This document shows, piece by piece, positions 62,948-64,000 of a stretch of DNA of 64,000 nt. The position numbers and the translations under genes were made by a program. Each line of letters begins with the position of its first letter. Position 1 is the first letter of the stretch. The stretch is from Geosiphon pyriformis uo1 (taxonomy: Eukaryota; Fungi; Glomeromycota). The notes under the pieces were generated by a model. It searched no databases, had not been told where the DNA came from, and saw only the letters and a list, made by a program, of their open reading frames with translations. The DNA lies in NCBI GenBank assembly GCA_016748015.1, contig JAAOMT010000531.1, positions 62,001 to 126,000 on the forward strand, read 5' to 3'.

Positions 62948-64000
62948 TATTATGGTTGAAACCTATATTTCTTATTAATTATTACATGTATTAGCTACTA
63001 ATGTCATATAAATTAGTCACTCTATTTTTAGAAAGTGATTATTGACCTAATTATTGACCTAGTTATTGACTTGATCATTGATCACTTTTGATAACTATAT
63101 AAGCAATGAATTTCTTAGCTGTAGAAAAGTATGTAGAAATCAAGGAAATCAAATAAATAAAATAACAACTTTTATCTCAATCTTTTTCTTATTACTAATT
63201 TCTCTTTCTCTACCTTTAAGTATTTGAACATCTTGGAATAAAAAATCACTTGTTGGTTATTTCTTACCCTTTTCCTGACTTGTATAATTGTATTATTTGA
63301 AGATTATTGAATAAAGCATGACTAAAGAGTATATCTGATACCTAATATTGAATTCTAAGAGCACTGATGTAAAACATAGAATTATACCAGACATGATCAT
63401 TTGTTGACAGTACAAACTATCCCTCTACTTTTAGATTTTCCAGTTATCTTTAAAAAGTATAGCAACTGAGATATTTTATGAGACTGATTTCATACATTAA
63501 ATTCATACTTATTCAATTTGCTCTTTAAAGTTAAAATCTCTTTGATTATTTCCATTACTCTACAATCCTGTTCTTTCTTGCTATTTATTAGCTTATTACT
63601 CCAATCTGTAACATAAAAGTGGTGCTTCCTATAAGGTTGTCAAAATTCATTCTGTTTCTTATTGTATGAGTGATTATTCATACCTGTTACAACAATTAGA
63701 AGAACACTTTGAAGCATACAACAAAAATGATCTAGACTTTATTAAACTCAATCTTTTGCCCTCCTGCTTAATTTGCTTCCCTATTGAAGAACAATTCAGT
63801 AGATAATTCCAAGACTTTTGGAACTGGTTCTTAAATAAGCATTCAGCTAAAATCTACACAGTCTATACAACTTACTATTTCAATCAAGCTTATCTTGAAG
63901 ACAACTTTAAAGAAAAAAACAACAGCATTAATCAGCTTTTATATTCCACAACTTTTGAACAACAGCTCCTTAATTTCGAATATCTGAATCACCAAATTCA
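62948..64000 (+). mobile_element. G2d: 5' LTR (62948-63613), PBS and start of gag; runs off the window
   Basis: LTR ends TGTAACA; TGGTGCTTCC at 63620-63629; downstream matches G2b 33265-33650. Confidence 0.9.

Overview
AT-rich eukaryotic repeat DNA with no recognisable host gene. It is probably fungal; the translated products resemble Glomeromycotina/Geosiphon-type TE proteins, but that is recall-based inference. Essentially all 64 kb is a nested pile of decayed retroelements from five families. (A) A LINE with ORF1 (2xRRM + CCHC) and ORF2 (APE endonuclease, RT, RNase H, CCHC) and a poly(A) tail; 6 copies or fragments. (B) A ~2.4-kb non-autonomous element encoding only an ORF1-like protein and sharing the last ~150 nt of LINE A; 4 full-length copies and 2 fragments. 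(C) A second, divergent LINE. (G1) A 10.1-kb Ty3/Gypsy element with 990-bp LTRs and a Cys-rich domain plus dUTPase between protease and RT, plus a related solo LTR. (G2) A second Ty3/Gypsy family with ~640-750-bp LTRs, several copies. Both Gypsy families have the same unusual three-ORF layout: gag-PR-RT-RH, stop, separately initiated integrase, then a non-env accessory ORF3 reaching the PPT/3' LTR. All copies show heavy C:G>T:A decay. There is one 20-N scaffold gap with a duplicated flank. Boundaries and TSDs were read by eye.
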